NCBI GenBank assembly: GCA_016188495.1
Contig: JACPHU010000029.1
Span: forward strand, 11,136 to 75,135
Direction: 5' to 3'
From: Candidatus Uhrbacteria bacterium
GTDB lineage: Bacteria > Patescibacteriota > Patescibacteriia > UBA9934 > GWF2-40-263
Length of the DNA stretch: 64,000 nt
Below are positions 31,827-41,435 of the stretch, piece by piece. The position numbers and the translations under genes were made by a program. Below the pieces are notes generated by a model. That model did not search any database. It had not been told where the DNA came from and saw nothing but the letters and a program-made list of their open reading frames with translations. How positions within the stretch are numbered: position 1 is the first letter of the stretch; every line of letters starts with the position of its first letter.

Positions 31827-32465
31827 TTATGAATTTTTAACAACTTTAATGACCACACCGTTTACTAAATATCCTGACGTGTTCAGATCTTCCTCGTGCA
31901 ACACGATAGGAGGAATTGGTGAAGTAGATTCTGAAACAAGACGAATCTCGTGTTTAGCTTTGTCTTTATAGAAACGTTTAAAGTTTGCTGCTTCATCAAT
32001 GATGGAGATAACGTAGTTTCCATCCTGAGGCGCTTTCTTTGTATCAACGATGACGTAGTCACCATTTTCGATTGATTCTCCTTCTACGTCTGCCTTGTTC
32101 AGTGAATTACCAATGGCACGAACAGCAATGAGACCGTTTGGACGTGAGACCCCTAGAGATCGCTGAGAAATCTTGAGGAATCCTTCAATGTCCTCACGGG
32201 CAAATTCCAAAGCTGGACCACAGTTTGCAGATCCGACGATTGGGATGTTGAAAAGGTTATCCACAACGTACGCAAGTGGTTTGGCAATTCGATGTTGTTT
32301 CTTGGTGTCGACATAGAACAACCCCTTTTTCTTGAGTTGTTCCAAGTGGTAAATGACGGTTTGAGGATTTTCGATATCAAGTTCGCGTGCGATTTCACGA
32401 AAACTCATCTTCGATAGATCCTTATTCTCTGCCAATTCAAGCAGTTTTTGTTGATTCTCATGCAT
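31827..32465 (-). CDS. LexA/CI-like repressor (HTH + S24 peptidase domain)
   Basis: N-terminal HTH (FREIARELDIENPQTVIYHLEQLKKKGL). C-terminal AVRAIGNSLNKADVEGESIENGDYVIVD...KRF with S24 Ser/Lys dyad spacing. Confidence 0.6.
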   Translation of the reverse strand: MHENQQKLLELAENKDLSKMSFREIARELDIENPQTVIYHLEQLKKKGLFYVDTKKQHRIAKPLAYVVDNLFNIPIVGSANCGPALEFAREDIEGFLKISQRSLGVSRPNGLIAVRAIGNSLNKADVEGESIENGDYVIVDTKKAPQDGNYVISIIDEAANFKRFYKDKAKHEIRLVSESTSPIPPIVLHEEDLNTSGYLVNGVVIKVVKNS

Positions 32466-32631
32466 AAAAAGTTGGTGATTGAAAAGTGACTGATGGTATG
32501 AAGATGTACTTCGACACGCACTCATTGAAAATCATCTGAAGCTTATCAATCATTTATAATTTCGTCAATAATTTCCTTTACGGCATTGACACCATTGACA
32601 CAGAAAACAAGCCTGTATATACTTTTACTAT

Positions 32632-32880
32632 ATGCAAAGGAGTGCACATATCAACCATATCGAAAAATGTAATTGTGGTGAGCCAATAGTCAAACGATTA
32701 AATAGTAGGATATTTGAGTTTCGTAAGAAGCAAGGCGGAAACGTAATAAATATTATTACAGAATATTTAGGCGATAGCTGTAAAGTTACATGTAGTACAT
32801 GTGGAAAGACTATCTCTTTTTTGACCAATCAGGTTGAATTGGGTCTGTGTTATGAAGTAGCTAAACCGCCTGAAAAGTAA
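32632..32880 (+). CDS. small Cys-rich hypothetical protein (divergent from the repressor gene)
   Basis: CNCGEP...CSTCGK zinc-ribbon-like pairs. 82 aa. Confidence 0.3.
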   Translation: MQRSAHINHIEKCNCGEPIVKRLNSRIFEFRKKQGGNVINIITEYLGDSCKVTCSTCGKTISFLTNQVELGLCYEVAKPPEK

Positions 32881-33059
32881 CCATAGAGAACAATTAAATC
32901 GAGCATCGTTCGGAACGCCCGGACATTCGTTTGTACCAATCAGGTACAAGCGCGTGTCTGGGCGTTTTTATTTATATCACTATTTTTTATGTGCATTCAC
33001 ATCCATTCACCACCTTAAGAAATATTTAGCAATTTTATTTATTCTTAATTTTTATTTTT

Positions 33060-34379
33060 ATGAACGATCTCAACATTATTCATGTCCCCGTCGTGGATCT
33101 CAAACCCGCGGAGTACAATCCGCGTAAGCATTCGCAGGAGCAGATGACCCAACTACAGGAATCCATTAAACGTTTTGGGTTGGTAGATCCGATTATTTGT
33201 AACAACGCTTCCGAGCGCAGCAACATCGTCATTGGCGGCCACTTTCGTTTGGAGGCTGCTAAAGCTCTTGGCTATACAACAATTCCGGTCGTGTACGTTC
33301 ATATCCCCGAGATTGAAAAGGAAAAGGAACTCAATGTCCGGCTCAACAAAAACACAGGGGAGTTTGATCTGGACCTGCTCGCCCAGTTTGATGAGTCATT
33401 TCTGCAAGACATAGGTTTTGATTCAGAAGAACTTGATGACATCTTTCCAGCCGAGGAGAACCCGGAAGTCTTTGATCTAAAAAAAGAACTCGAGAAGCTC
33501 AACATTAGTGAAGTCACTGTGCAAAAAGGAGATGTCTATGAACTGGATGGATCCAGGCTTATGTGCGGCGACTCCACGATAGAAGAAGACATGCTCAAAC
33601 TGCTTGGTGAACACCAGGCTGATATGTGCCTCACGGATCCGCCATACATCCTCGATTACCTCAAAGGAAAAAAGAAGAACGGTGAACCTACTGAAGGATT
33701 TGGGTATAAAAGGGATCGTAAGTATCTGGAGACGGATGTTCTTCCACCAGATTTCACAGAGAAATGGATGGACAACGTCGCGAAAGTTGCTAAACCTGAC
33801 TTCTCTATTATCTGCTATGAAAATTGGAAAAATCTGCGGGTCATTTGGGGTGAAATGGAAAAACATTGGAAGGTAAAAAATATGATCGTCTGGCATCTCC
33901 CTAATCGTCATCAAGGATATTCGGCGAAAAATAAGTTTTTCAACAAGCATGATATTGCTGTGGTCGGTGCTTCGGGTGACATTCCCTACAACATCGATGA
34001 GGAAGAGCAACCGTTGCAAGAGGAGTACGAAACAGCACTCTTTGCCACAGAAGGTAAACCGCATTGGGAAACGTACGAGAAAGGGAAAAAAGATTGTCCG
34101 ACAGATTTCATTGAGTTTATGGCTTCAGACGAGAAACATTCCGGCCAAGGGGTGGTATTTGGCACCAAGCCAATCGACATCCTTATTCCGTACATCAAAG
34201 TCCTTACCAAACGCGACAGTCTGATCCTTGAACCCTTCGGCGGATCTGGATCAACACTCATCGCCGCTGTCCATATGAAACGCCGATGTTTCCTCATGGA
34301 AAAGTGTCCGACCTATGCTCAAGTTATTCTCCAAAGATGGGAAAAACAAACCGGGCAAAAGCCTTTTAAAATTACATGA
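33060..34379 (+). CDS. ParB-like nuclease domain fused to beta-class N6A/N4C DNA methyltransferase
   Basis: ParB N-terminal region (IICNN...GGHFRLEAAKALG). Motif IV CLTDPPYIL precedes motif I EPFGGSGSTLIAA. Confidence 0.8.
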   Translation: MNDLNIIHVPVVDLKPAEYNPRKHSQEQMTQLQESIKRFGLVDPIICNNASERSNIVIGGHFRLEAAKALGYTTIPVVYVHIPEIEKEKELNVRLNKNTGEFDLDLLAQFDESFLQDIGFDSEELDDIFPAEENPEVFDLKKELEKLNISEVTVQKGDVYELDGSRLMCGDSTIEEDMLKLLGEHQADMCLTDPPYILDYLKGKKKNGEPTEGFGYKRDRKYLETDVLPPDFTEKWMDNVAKVAKPDFSIICYENWKNLRVIWGEMEKHWKVKNMIVWHLPNRHQGYSAKNKFFNKHDIAVVGASGDIPYNIDEEEQPLQEEYETALFATEGKPHWETYEKGKKDCPTDFIEFMASDEKHSGQGVVFGTKPIDILIPYIKVLTKRDSLILEPFGGSGSTLIAAVHMKRRCFLMEKCPTYAQVILQRWEKQTGQKPFKIT

Positions 34380-34861
34380 TTGACCCTGAAGTCAAAATTA
34401 AGTTTCTTGAAGAAGTCGCGCAAACCGGCAACATCTGTGTATCTTGCCGGAAGGTTAACATTGTCAGATCGACCATCTATCGTTGGAAGAAAGGGGATAA
34501 GGAGTTTGCAAAGAAGTTAAGAGAGGCTGAAAAATTAGGAAGAGAAAACCTCTGCGATCTAGCCGAACACAGCCTCGCCCTTCTTGTTAAGGAAAAGAAT
34601 CTTCAGGCCATTAAGTACGTTCTCACTCATAACTCGAAACGTTATCGTCCAAGATATGATAGTAAGGTTATTTTGGAACACAGGAGCCCTGATCGGGATA
34701 AAGACAAAGGACCTGCCTTTACGCTTGAAGACATGATAGATCGAATGTACGGAAATTCTACAGAAAATTTCCAACCATACCCACAAAAGAATAGAGATAA
34801 CCAGAATGTGATGCCACCCGATCAGGTACAGACATCGAATGGGGAATCAGAGGAGCATTAA
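34376..34861 (+). CDS. HTH protein, phage terminase small-subunit-like
   Basis: KFLEEVAQTGNICVSCRKVNIVRSTIYRWKK HTH. 4-nt overlap with the upstream methyltransferase gene. Confidence 0.4.
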   Translation: MIDPEVKIKFLEEVAQTGNICVSCRKVNIVRSTIYRWKKGDKEFAKKLREAEKLGRENLCDLAEHSLALLVKEKNLQAIKYVLTHNSKRYRPRYDSKVILEHRSPDRDKDKGPAFTLEDMIDRMYGNSTENFQPYPQKNRDNQNVMPPDQVQTSNGESEEH

Positions 34862-35637
34862 ACTGTCGGTGCATCTTCGCTTTCGGTTGGGTGTTCCTTC
34901 AGTCCTTCCTCTTTTTTGTCTCTCACATCTTTCTTTATCCGTGAAAGGCTAACTGATCCTTTGGGCTTTTGCGACTCGATCTTGTTCACAATAATCTCGT
35001 GGATGGAGTCCAGAATATCTGATTCCGAAAAAGAAAGGTGAGCGTCACGCTTCAAAATTCTCCGCAAAAATCGAATGATGTCGGTAGAATAAAGATACTT
35101 GCACAGATTGTTCGGTTCCAAGGCTTGGAAACGTTTCCAGAAAGCATCAAGCTCTCCATGGGTCAGAAATTTCTTGTGAAGAAGCATGAGGCCTTCTGAG
35201 GCCTCATTGAGAATGGAGATGTCTCGCAGATCAAAGGCAAACAATCGTTTGTATGTGACGGGTTTCTTGAAGATCACCCGGTACACCTCAAAGGATCGGC
35301 CGTTGGTAAGCAGTACCCAGTCAATCCCTTCGTTTGCGGCATATCCTATAGCCTGACGAAGATGATTCTCGGAAAGATCAATCTGAATGGCTTTGACTTC
35401 AACGACCAGATGTTTTTTCCGATCAACCTGGATGACATAATCGGCATAGGCTCCGCTGATCATGTGTTCGGTACGAATTTCTTCCAGTTCCGCGTATCCC
35501 AGGAGATCCGTCAGAAACGTGTTAATCATGAGTCTCGTGGCAGATTCATCCAGGTCAGCATACTTGGCTTTAAGATATTTGTTGCGGTATTCCCGGAGTT
35601 TTGCAAGGAACGCTTTGTGTTGTATTTGGGTGGGCAT
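34858..35637 (-). CDS. HsdR_N/Mrr-like restriction endonuclease-fold protein
   Basis: ADYVIQVDRKKHLVVEVK matches the D-x-(D/E)VK PD-(D/E)xK core of the HsdR N-terminal family. Confidence 0.45.
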   Translation of the reverse strand: MPTQIQHKAFLAKLREYRNKYLKAKYADLDESATRLMINTFLTDLLGYAELEEIRTEHMISGAYADYVIQVDRKKHLVVEVKAIQIDLSENHLRQAIGYAANEGIDWVLLTNGRSFEVYRVIFKKPVTYKRLFAFDLRDISILNEASEGLMLLHKKFLTHGELDAFWKRFQALEPNNLCKYLYSTDIIRFLRRILKRDAHLSFSESDILDSIHEIIVNKIESQKPKGSVSLSRIKKDVRDKKEEGLKEHPTESEDAPTV

Positions 35638-35662
35638 AAAGATTTATAGATGGTCTATCTCT

Positions 35663-36664
35663 TTAAAATGTGTCTTTATTCCCATCGACGTAAACGATTG
35701 TCGAAACGTTCCATTTGTATTTCAAATTTTTCAATTCAGTATTTTTTAACTTCACGTCTTCATCCATGAACTGATTGTAATCGATTCCTGATTCCCAAAT
35801 TTTGCTCTCTTTTGCAGGAATTTCCTTATCGTAACTTATGCTCTTTGTAGAAATTTCGTTGTCAAAAATATCATAAAAAGTCAGAGTGCCCTCAACACCT
35901 CTTATTTCTTTATCTGTGTTGTTGGTAAATTTCAGGCTCATCGTAATTTGATCCTGATAACTGCCAGACATATAGTCAGCCTGATGGAATCCTTTGTCTG
36001 TAATTTCGAGAGTGACTTTTTGCAGTTCTATTTTTGCTTGTTCAGTATTGGCTGGAACCATCTGGTTTGCGCCACCTTGTTGGAGGCTGCTTTCCAATTG
36101 CTTCTTTTCCTGAGTTGGTTGTTGCGTATTTTGAGTATTGGACGTGGAACCAAGGACAAGAGCCAGGACAATCAAGGCAAAAATTGAGAGGATAACGCCA
36201 TGTTTTGCCGCAAGCGTTTCTGGTTGTTTGGCGTGTTCCGTATCTACCTTCTTTGCATAACTTCCACAAACAAGATGCATGATGATTCCCATCGTAAGAC
36301 CAACGACACACGCGATGACGACAACGAAGGTTCCTCCAATTGCTGTTCCGATGGCGGCTCCGGCCTGCTCGCCCGCGCTGGTTGTGGAACTCACAGCTTG
36401 GGCTCCCAGAACAAACGTCATGATAATGGCAGAAATAGGCATGAAGAAAAAGGCTACTTCCATCAAACGAAAGTATCGTTCAAAAACAGCATTCTTGCTT
36501 TCAAAGGACCAGGAGGTCCAGACAACGAACACAAATAAAAGAATGAATGCAAGCCCCATGGATTTATTGGCGGTCATCCATGAATAATTGATGAAAAAAA
36601 TGAAGGTTGGTAAAAGAGCGACCAAAAGTTTGAGAAGCAGATGCTTCTTTGGTGTTTTCTCCAT
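35663..36664 (-). CDS. hypothetical membrane protein with extracytoplasmic C-terminal domain
   Basis: Multiple TM helices in the first 170 aa, then a soluble C-terminal half. Confidence 0.45.
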   Translation of the reverse strand: MEKTPKKHLLLKLLVALLPTFIFFINYSWMTANKSMGLAFILLFVFVVWTSWSFESKNAVFERYFRLMEVAFFFMPISAIIMTFVLGAQAVSSTTSAGEQAGAAIGTAIGGTFVVVIACVVGLTMGIIMHLVCGSYAKKVDTEHAKQPETLAAKHGVILSIFALIVLALVLGSTSNTQNTQQPTQEKKQLESSLQQGGANQMVPANTEQAKIELQKVTLEITDKGFHQADYMSGSYQDQITMSLKFTNNTDKEIRGVEGTLTFYDIFDNEISTKSISYDKEIPAKESKIWESGIDYNQFMDEDVKLKNTELKNLKYKWNVSTIVYVDGNKDTF

Positions 36665-36712
36665 AGGATGAAAAAGAGATAAGAATAATAGATGATTTAA
36701 ACCTCATTTATA

Positions 36713-36868
36713 AAAACAAAAAGGACACCCCTGAGGTGTCTAGACCCAAGTAACAGGACCGGAGTCGCTGCTGCTTGTTTTATCAGGAGTGCCCGTTATG
36801 ACGCATCAACGGACTCCTGAATAGCAAAGCAAAGCCCTGCTGCGGGTCTCTGTTACTTGAATCTAGAC
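36713..36868 (-). ncRNA. candidate structured RNA / riboswitch-like leader with intrinsic terminator (class not identified)
   Basis: On the minus strand a 19-23 bp closing stem (gtctagattcaagtaacag / ctgttacttgggtctagac) encloses the hairpin caggagtccgtt...aacgggcactcctg. A gacacc-tcagg-ggtgtc hairpin followed by ctttttgttttt lies 40 nt upstream of the 36664 start codon. Confidence 0.35.
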
Positions 36869-36950
36869 GTTTAAAGTTTAACATAAAACCCCTTGAAGTA
36901 AAGGGGTTTAATGAAAGTTACTCACTTCGAGATTTGAGGGCTTTAAAGCA

Positions 36951-38420
36951 TTATTCGCTCAAATTGTTGTGTAACCAATTACGTAAAAACTCTGTCGCGC
37001 GCACATCGTCTTCATTATAATTAACAATGTCGTTCAAAATACTTCTGTCATTTTTTTCCAACCATTCTTCATACCAAAAGATTGACTGTGCCCCTCCTGC
37101 TTTTACATGACGCCATTTGAAGTTGAGGAACTTGGATTTGGCGATATCTTTGATGGAGTAAAAATACAAAGGAAAAATAACCGAGTCTCTGACAACGATT
37201 TCCAAATCTACAAAATGAGACATGAACCTTCGCAGAGGATCTGAATCTCCATAGAGCTTGGCTAATTTTTCGCATTGTACCCGCTCGTATTTATTGTAAT
37301 GCCAAACGGTAAACTTCTCTTGAGGTAAAATCTCCAACCATTGCAAAAAAAGTTTCCACATTTCTCGTTCGTCCTCTGGCTGCTCGGCCAGAAAATAAAC
37401 GAAGTAACGCCCATCCTCCTGTTTTCGCACGTGACCTATTTGCGCATATACACCATCAGGATCACCTGAAACCCAAAAACCCCAAAGATACTGCACATCG
37501 ATGAGAGGATCGCCCTCGATGTCAAAATAAATATTGAGTGCCGTTTCGGGGAGTACTGGATGTCCGACCCATTTCAATTCACCGCTCAAAAGCGATTGTG
37601 CCTGGAGTCTCACACGACGAAGGGTATCAATTCCTGCATAAGGAACTTTTGGAAGTGTATCAACATCCATCTCTGCCGCATCTGTTACGGTATTGATACC
37701 GCACTCACGCAAGACTTCATGAGATCGAGAATCCAGACGATATAACAAGGCAATATCATGTGCCTTCTCCGCTTCGGCGACACATTGCGAATACCAAGGA
37801 CTGTATTTACATGAAGAAGAAAGCTTGAGTGGCGGTTTTTTTCCTTTCATTACAGAAAGAATCACATCGATACGATCAAACGTTTTGATTCGATGTTTTT
37901 CTTCAATTGAAAAAGCAATACGCCCATGATCTCGATTGATAATACTAACGTCCTGCGGAAACACTTTTTGAAGTTCCTCAAGAATTTTTGCGTACAGTGT
38001 CAACTGCATCCATTGCTCGGGTTTGATATCAGTCGAGCTTTTGATGTCGCAGGGAGCGTAGTAATAATCACCGAATTCAGACTCTTTATCGTACCTCTTC
38101 TCAAGAAGATCGGGTCGACCGCGATAAAGGACTCCGTTCATTTCAGATTCAATTTCTCCTTGGTAGATAAGCTCAACTCCTTCGCGCATAAGCATCATAG
38201 TGTGAGCAAAGGCATCCGCAGGTTTTCTTTCTTCGACCTCAACAAACGAAAGACCTTTCACATATTTTTCCTCATGCAAAATACCTTTCTCAAGAAGTTT
38301 CTCCATGAGCGCCGGTGTTTCTCCCTTCTTGGATAAATCAGAAAAACGATCATGCCACAACCAATGTGGGCATGTTGCGTATTGAAAAAAGAGGGATGGG
38401 GTGAAAACGAGACGAGGCAT
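36951..38420 (-). CDS. TM0106-family RecB-like nuclease (Cas4-like N-terminal domain + RNase H-like C-terminal domain)
   Basis: N-terminal CPHWLW Cys motif. YFDIEGDP in the C-terminal half. Confidence 0.55.
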   Translation of the reverse strand: MPRLVFTPSLFFQYATCPHWLWHDRFSDLSKKGETPALMEKLLEKGILHEEKYVKGLSFVEVEERKPADAFAHTMMLMREGVELIYQGEIESEMNGVLYRGRPDLLEKRYDKESEFGDYYYAPCDIKSSTDIKPEQWMQLTLYAKILEELQKVFPQDVSIINRDHGRIAFSIEEKHRIKTFDRIDVILSVMKGKKPPLKLSSSCKYSPWYSQCVAEAEKAHDIALLYRLDSRSHEVLRECGINTVTDAAEMDVDTLPKVPYAGIDTLRRVRLQAQSLLSGELKWVGHPVLPETALNIYFDIEGDPLIDVQYLWGFWVSGDPDGVYAQIGHVRKQEDGRYFVYFLAEQPEDEREMWKLFLQWLEILPQEKFTVWHYNKYERVQCEKLAKLYGDSDPLRRFMSHFVDLEIVVRDSVIFPLYFYSIKDIAKSKFLNFKWRHVKAGGAQSIFWYEEWLEKNDRSILNDIVNYNEDDVRATEFLRNWLHNNLSE

Positions 38421-38434
38421 AATTTACCGATTCT

Positions 38435-39391
38435 TTGACAGAATTACATAACAAAGGTAGCATGTCTAATGTAAATAAGTCAAGATTTTATTACATTGTG
38501 AAGTGGACAATAGAAAACCAAACCGAGTTACAATCCGCATTCCTTGCGGGGTCTTTGGGTGCCTGGCGAGAAGCTTTTGAAGATTTTCAGGCTCCGACAA
38601 ATCTCCTACTTACTCATGAAGCACTTCTAGCCTTCACTGCCGAGACCATCGCAGACGATGATGATCCTACGGTTGTGTGTGCTAAGCGATACGCGAGTTT
38701 TCTTACGTCTATGCGAGCTCCGAATGACATTACTATTCAAGTATTGATCGAATGGCATAAGACACTTTTCGACAATCCCAGTGGATATCGCTTCAAACCA
38801 GGCGAGCTTAAGTCCAAGGAAGTTTCCATTCAACTTATTGAATTATTAGGTGAACTGAACCAGGAGTGGGTAGACCCGTTCACGAACATGCATCTGATTT
38901 ATACGGCGTTTATTAAGCTCTCACCGTTTCACGCTGGCAACGAAATAATGGCAAACGCTCTTCTTCACCTCATGCTCATGCATTTCAAGCTAACCACAAC
39001 GCCATCACTCCTACTTTCAAAGTTCGTCCCCGTGCAGGAGGACCTGACTTACGACAATTTTCTGCAGGGACTTCTAGAAGCACAGGAACACCTTCAGTCC
39101 ATTTATCAATCCGTAAGGATATTACAAAAACAATATCGAGATCGTGTAATGACTCTTGAGACCAGGCCAAAAAAGTTAGCTAATGACCTACTGTCATTCT
39201 TTCTTGAGCGGAAATCGTTCACTGTTCGCGAGATCGAATCCGCCTACGGCAAAAAGTATAAAATCACCTACCACACGCTTAACAAGCTTATGACGCAACT
39301 GGCCGAAGACCTCCATCTACTTGAAATCATCAGCTGGGGCGAGCGAAACCGCATGTTCTCACTCAAAGGATATCGAAAATTTTTTACCTAA
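38435..39391 (+). CDS. Fic/DOC-family protein (degenerate Fic motif)
   Basis: LSPFHAGNEIMANALL resembles HPFx(D/E)GNGR. First gene of the Type I R-M operon (3-nt gap to hsdM). Confidence 0.45.
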   Translation: MTELHNKGSMSNVNKSRFYYIVKWTIENQTELQSAFLAGSLGAWREAFEDFQAPTNLLLTHEALLAFTAETIADDDDPTVVCAKRYASFLTSMRAPNDITIQVLIEWHKTLFDNPSGYRFKPGELKSKEVSIQLIELLGELNQEWVDPFTNMHLIYTAFIKLSPFHAGNEIMANALLHLMLMHFKLTTTPSLLLSKFVPVQEDLTYDNFLQGLLEAQEHLQSIYQSVRILQKQYRDRVMTLETRPKKLANDLLSFFLERKSFTVREIESAYGKKYKITYHTLNKLMTQLAEDLHLLEIISWGERNRMFSLKGYRKFFT

Positions 39392-39393
39392 AT

Positions 39394-41433
39394 ATGACAA
39401 ACAACTTTCGAGAAAAAGCACAGCTCATCTGGAACATTGCCGACGTCCTACGTGGAAGTTGGAAACAACACGAGTATCAAGACGTTATTCTCCCGCTTGT
39501 GGTTGTGAAGCGACTGGATTCTATTTTGGCACCAACGAAACCCAAGGTGCTTCAGCAGTACAACGAACTGAAATCTAAGATCGATATTGATCCTGTGTTG
39601 AAATCAACATCGAAAGTCGGATTTTATAACGTATCCGAGTACGACTTTGAAAAGCTCCTCGAAGACCCGGATCATATTTCAGGAAACTTCAAGCATTATC
39701 TAAATGGGTTCAGTGAGAACATTCAGGACATTGTCGAAAAGTTTGAATTTGACCGCCAGCTCTCGAGACTTGAAGGAGGTAACCTTCTCTATCTCATCAT
39801 TAAAGAGCTTAATAAAGTGGATCTGCACCCAGATGTTGTCGATAACCATGAGATGGGATCGATCTTCGAAGAGCTGATTCGCCGATTCTCTGAGCAGTCC
39901 AACGAAACAGCTGGTGAGCATTATTCTCCGCGTGATGTTGTAAGACTTGCGGTAGAGATCCTGCTTGCACCGGACAAGGCACGTTTGGAAAAAGAACACA
40001 TCATTAAAACAGTTTACGATTGCGCGTGTGGTACAGGTGGAATGTTGTCTATTGCGAAAGAATATATTCAAAAAGAAGTGAATGATAAGGCAAACATCTA
40101 TTTGTATGGCCAGGAGCTCAACCCGGTCACATACGCCATGTGCAAGTCTGACATGCTAATTAAGGGCGAGAACCCAGACAACATTAAGGGCGGAGAAAAA
40201 GACCATTCACTTGCCAGCACGCTTTCCAACGATCAATTTTTTGGCACGCACTTCGACTACATGTTGACGAACCCACCTTTTGGAGTGGACTGGAAGAAGG
40301 ATATGGACGTGGTAGAGCGCGAAGCTGAACGCGGATACGCAGGGCGTTTTGGTGCAGGACTTCCACGGTCTTCTGATGGTCAGCTTCTCTTCCTACAGCA
40401 TCTTCTTTCAAAAATGCGACCCGAGAGCGAAGGCGGATCCCGTATTGGAATTGTCTTTAACGGGTCTCCTCTCTTTACAGGAAATGCTGGACAAGGTGAA
40501 AGCGAAATCCGTCGCTGGATTCTGGAACATGATTGGCTTGAAGCTATTGTCGCGCTTCCTGATCAACTCTTTTTCAACACTGGAATTCCAACTTACCTTT
40601 GGTTTATAACCAATCGAAAGTCAGATGAACGCAAAGACAAAGTCCAAATCATCGACGCGCGTGCATTCTCTGAGAAGATGCGAAAGAGTCTTGGCAACAA
40701 ACGCAACTTCATCACGGAAGAATTTAGAAAAAAGGTTTTAGAGGTTTACGCAGATTTCAGTGAAAACGAATACTCGAAGATCTTTAGCAATGAAGAGTTT
40801 GGGTACCGACAAATAACCGTTGAGCGTCCACTAAAGCTCAATTTTCAGGTATCACCGGAGCGGATCGCGGCACTTAAAGAGGAGTCAACATTCCAGAAAT
40901 TAGCAACATCCAAAAAGAAAGGAGAGAAAGGAAAAGAAGAGATTGAAGCCGGGCTGAAGCTTCAACAGCAGGTCATCACAACATTCAATGAAATGCCGAG
41001 TGAATTGTTTAAGAATGGAAATGAATTCGTGAAACTCCTTGAGGGGGTTTGGAAGAATAACGATCTCAAGCTACCTGCTCCACTGAAAAAAGTAGTGATA
41101 GATGCCTTATCTGAACAGGATGAATCCGCCAACGTATTTTTAGACAGCAAAGGTAAACAGCAAGCAGACACGAATTTGCGCGACACAGAAAACGTGCCGT
41201 TGAATCAGGATGTTTACGACTACTTTGCAAAAGAGGTAAAGCCCTATGTTCCTGATGCATGGATTGATGAAAGTAAGACAGACCACAAAGATAACAAGGT
41301 TGGAAAAGTTGGCTATGAAATTCTCGTCACTCGATTCTTCTACAAGTACGAGGCACCACGGTCACTGGATCAGATTCAGAAGGATATTGAGCAGGTTGAG
41401 AGTGAGTTAGATTCACTGATTAAGCAGATGTAG
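39394..41433 (+). CDS. hsdM: Type I restriction-modification N6-adenine methyltransferase subunit
   Basis: N-terminal HsdM domain (LWNIADVLRG). Motif IV LTNPPFGVDW. 679 aa. Confidence 0.9.
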   Translation: MTNNFREKAQLIWNIADVLRGSWKQHEYQDVILPLVVVKRLDSILAPTKPKVLQQYNELKSKIDIDPVLKSTSKVGFYNVSEYDFEKLLEDPDHISGNFKHYLNGFSENIQDIVEKFEFDRQLSRLEGGNLLYLIIKELNKVDLHPDVVDNHEMGSIFEELIRRFSEQSNETAGEHYSPRDVVRLAVEILLAPDKARLEKEHIIKTVYDCACGTGGMLSIAKEYIQKEVNDKANIYLYGQELNPVTYAMCKSDMLIKGENPDNIKGGEKDHSLASTLSNDQFFGTHFDYMLTNPPFGVDWKKDMDVVEREAERGYAGRFGAGLPRSSDGQLLFLQHLLSKMRPESEGGSRIGIVFNGSPLFTGNAGQGESEIRRWILEHDWLEAIVALPDQLFFNTGIPTYLWFITNRKSDERKDKVQIIDARAFSEKMRKSLGNKRNFITEEFRKKVLEVYADFSENEYSKIFSNEEFGYRQITVERPLKLNFQVSPERIAALKEESTFQKLATSKKKGEKGKEEIEAGLKLQQQVITTFNEMPSELFKNGNEFVKLLEGVWKNNDLKLPAPLKKVVIDALSEQDESANVFLDSKGKQQADTNLRDTENVPLNQDVYDYFAKEVKPYVPDAWIDESKTDHKDNKVGKVGYEILVTRFFYKYEAPRSLDQIQKDIEQVESELDSLIKQM

Positions 41434-41435
41434 AT

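Noticed and set aside
36713-36868. Assignment of the structured RNA to SRP (4.5S) or 6S RNA
   Set aside because: The partial resemblance to the domain IV consensus (CAGG.CCGGA, AGCAGC) does not extend to the GNRA tetraloop or symmetric loop. The two-hairpin interior does not fit the single extended 6S hairpin. Left unclassified.
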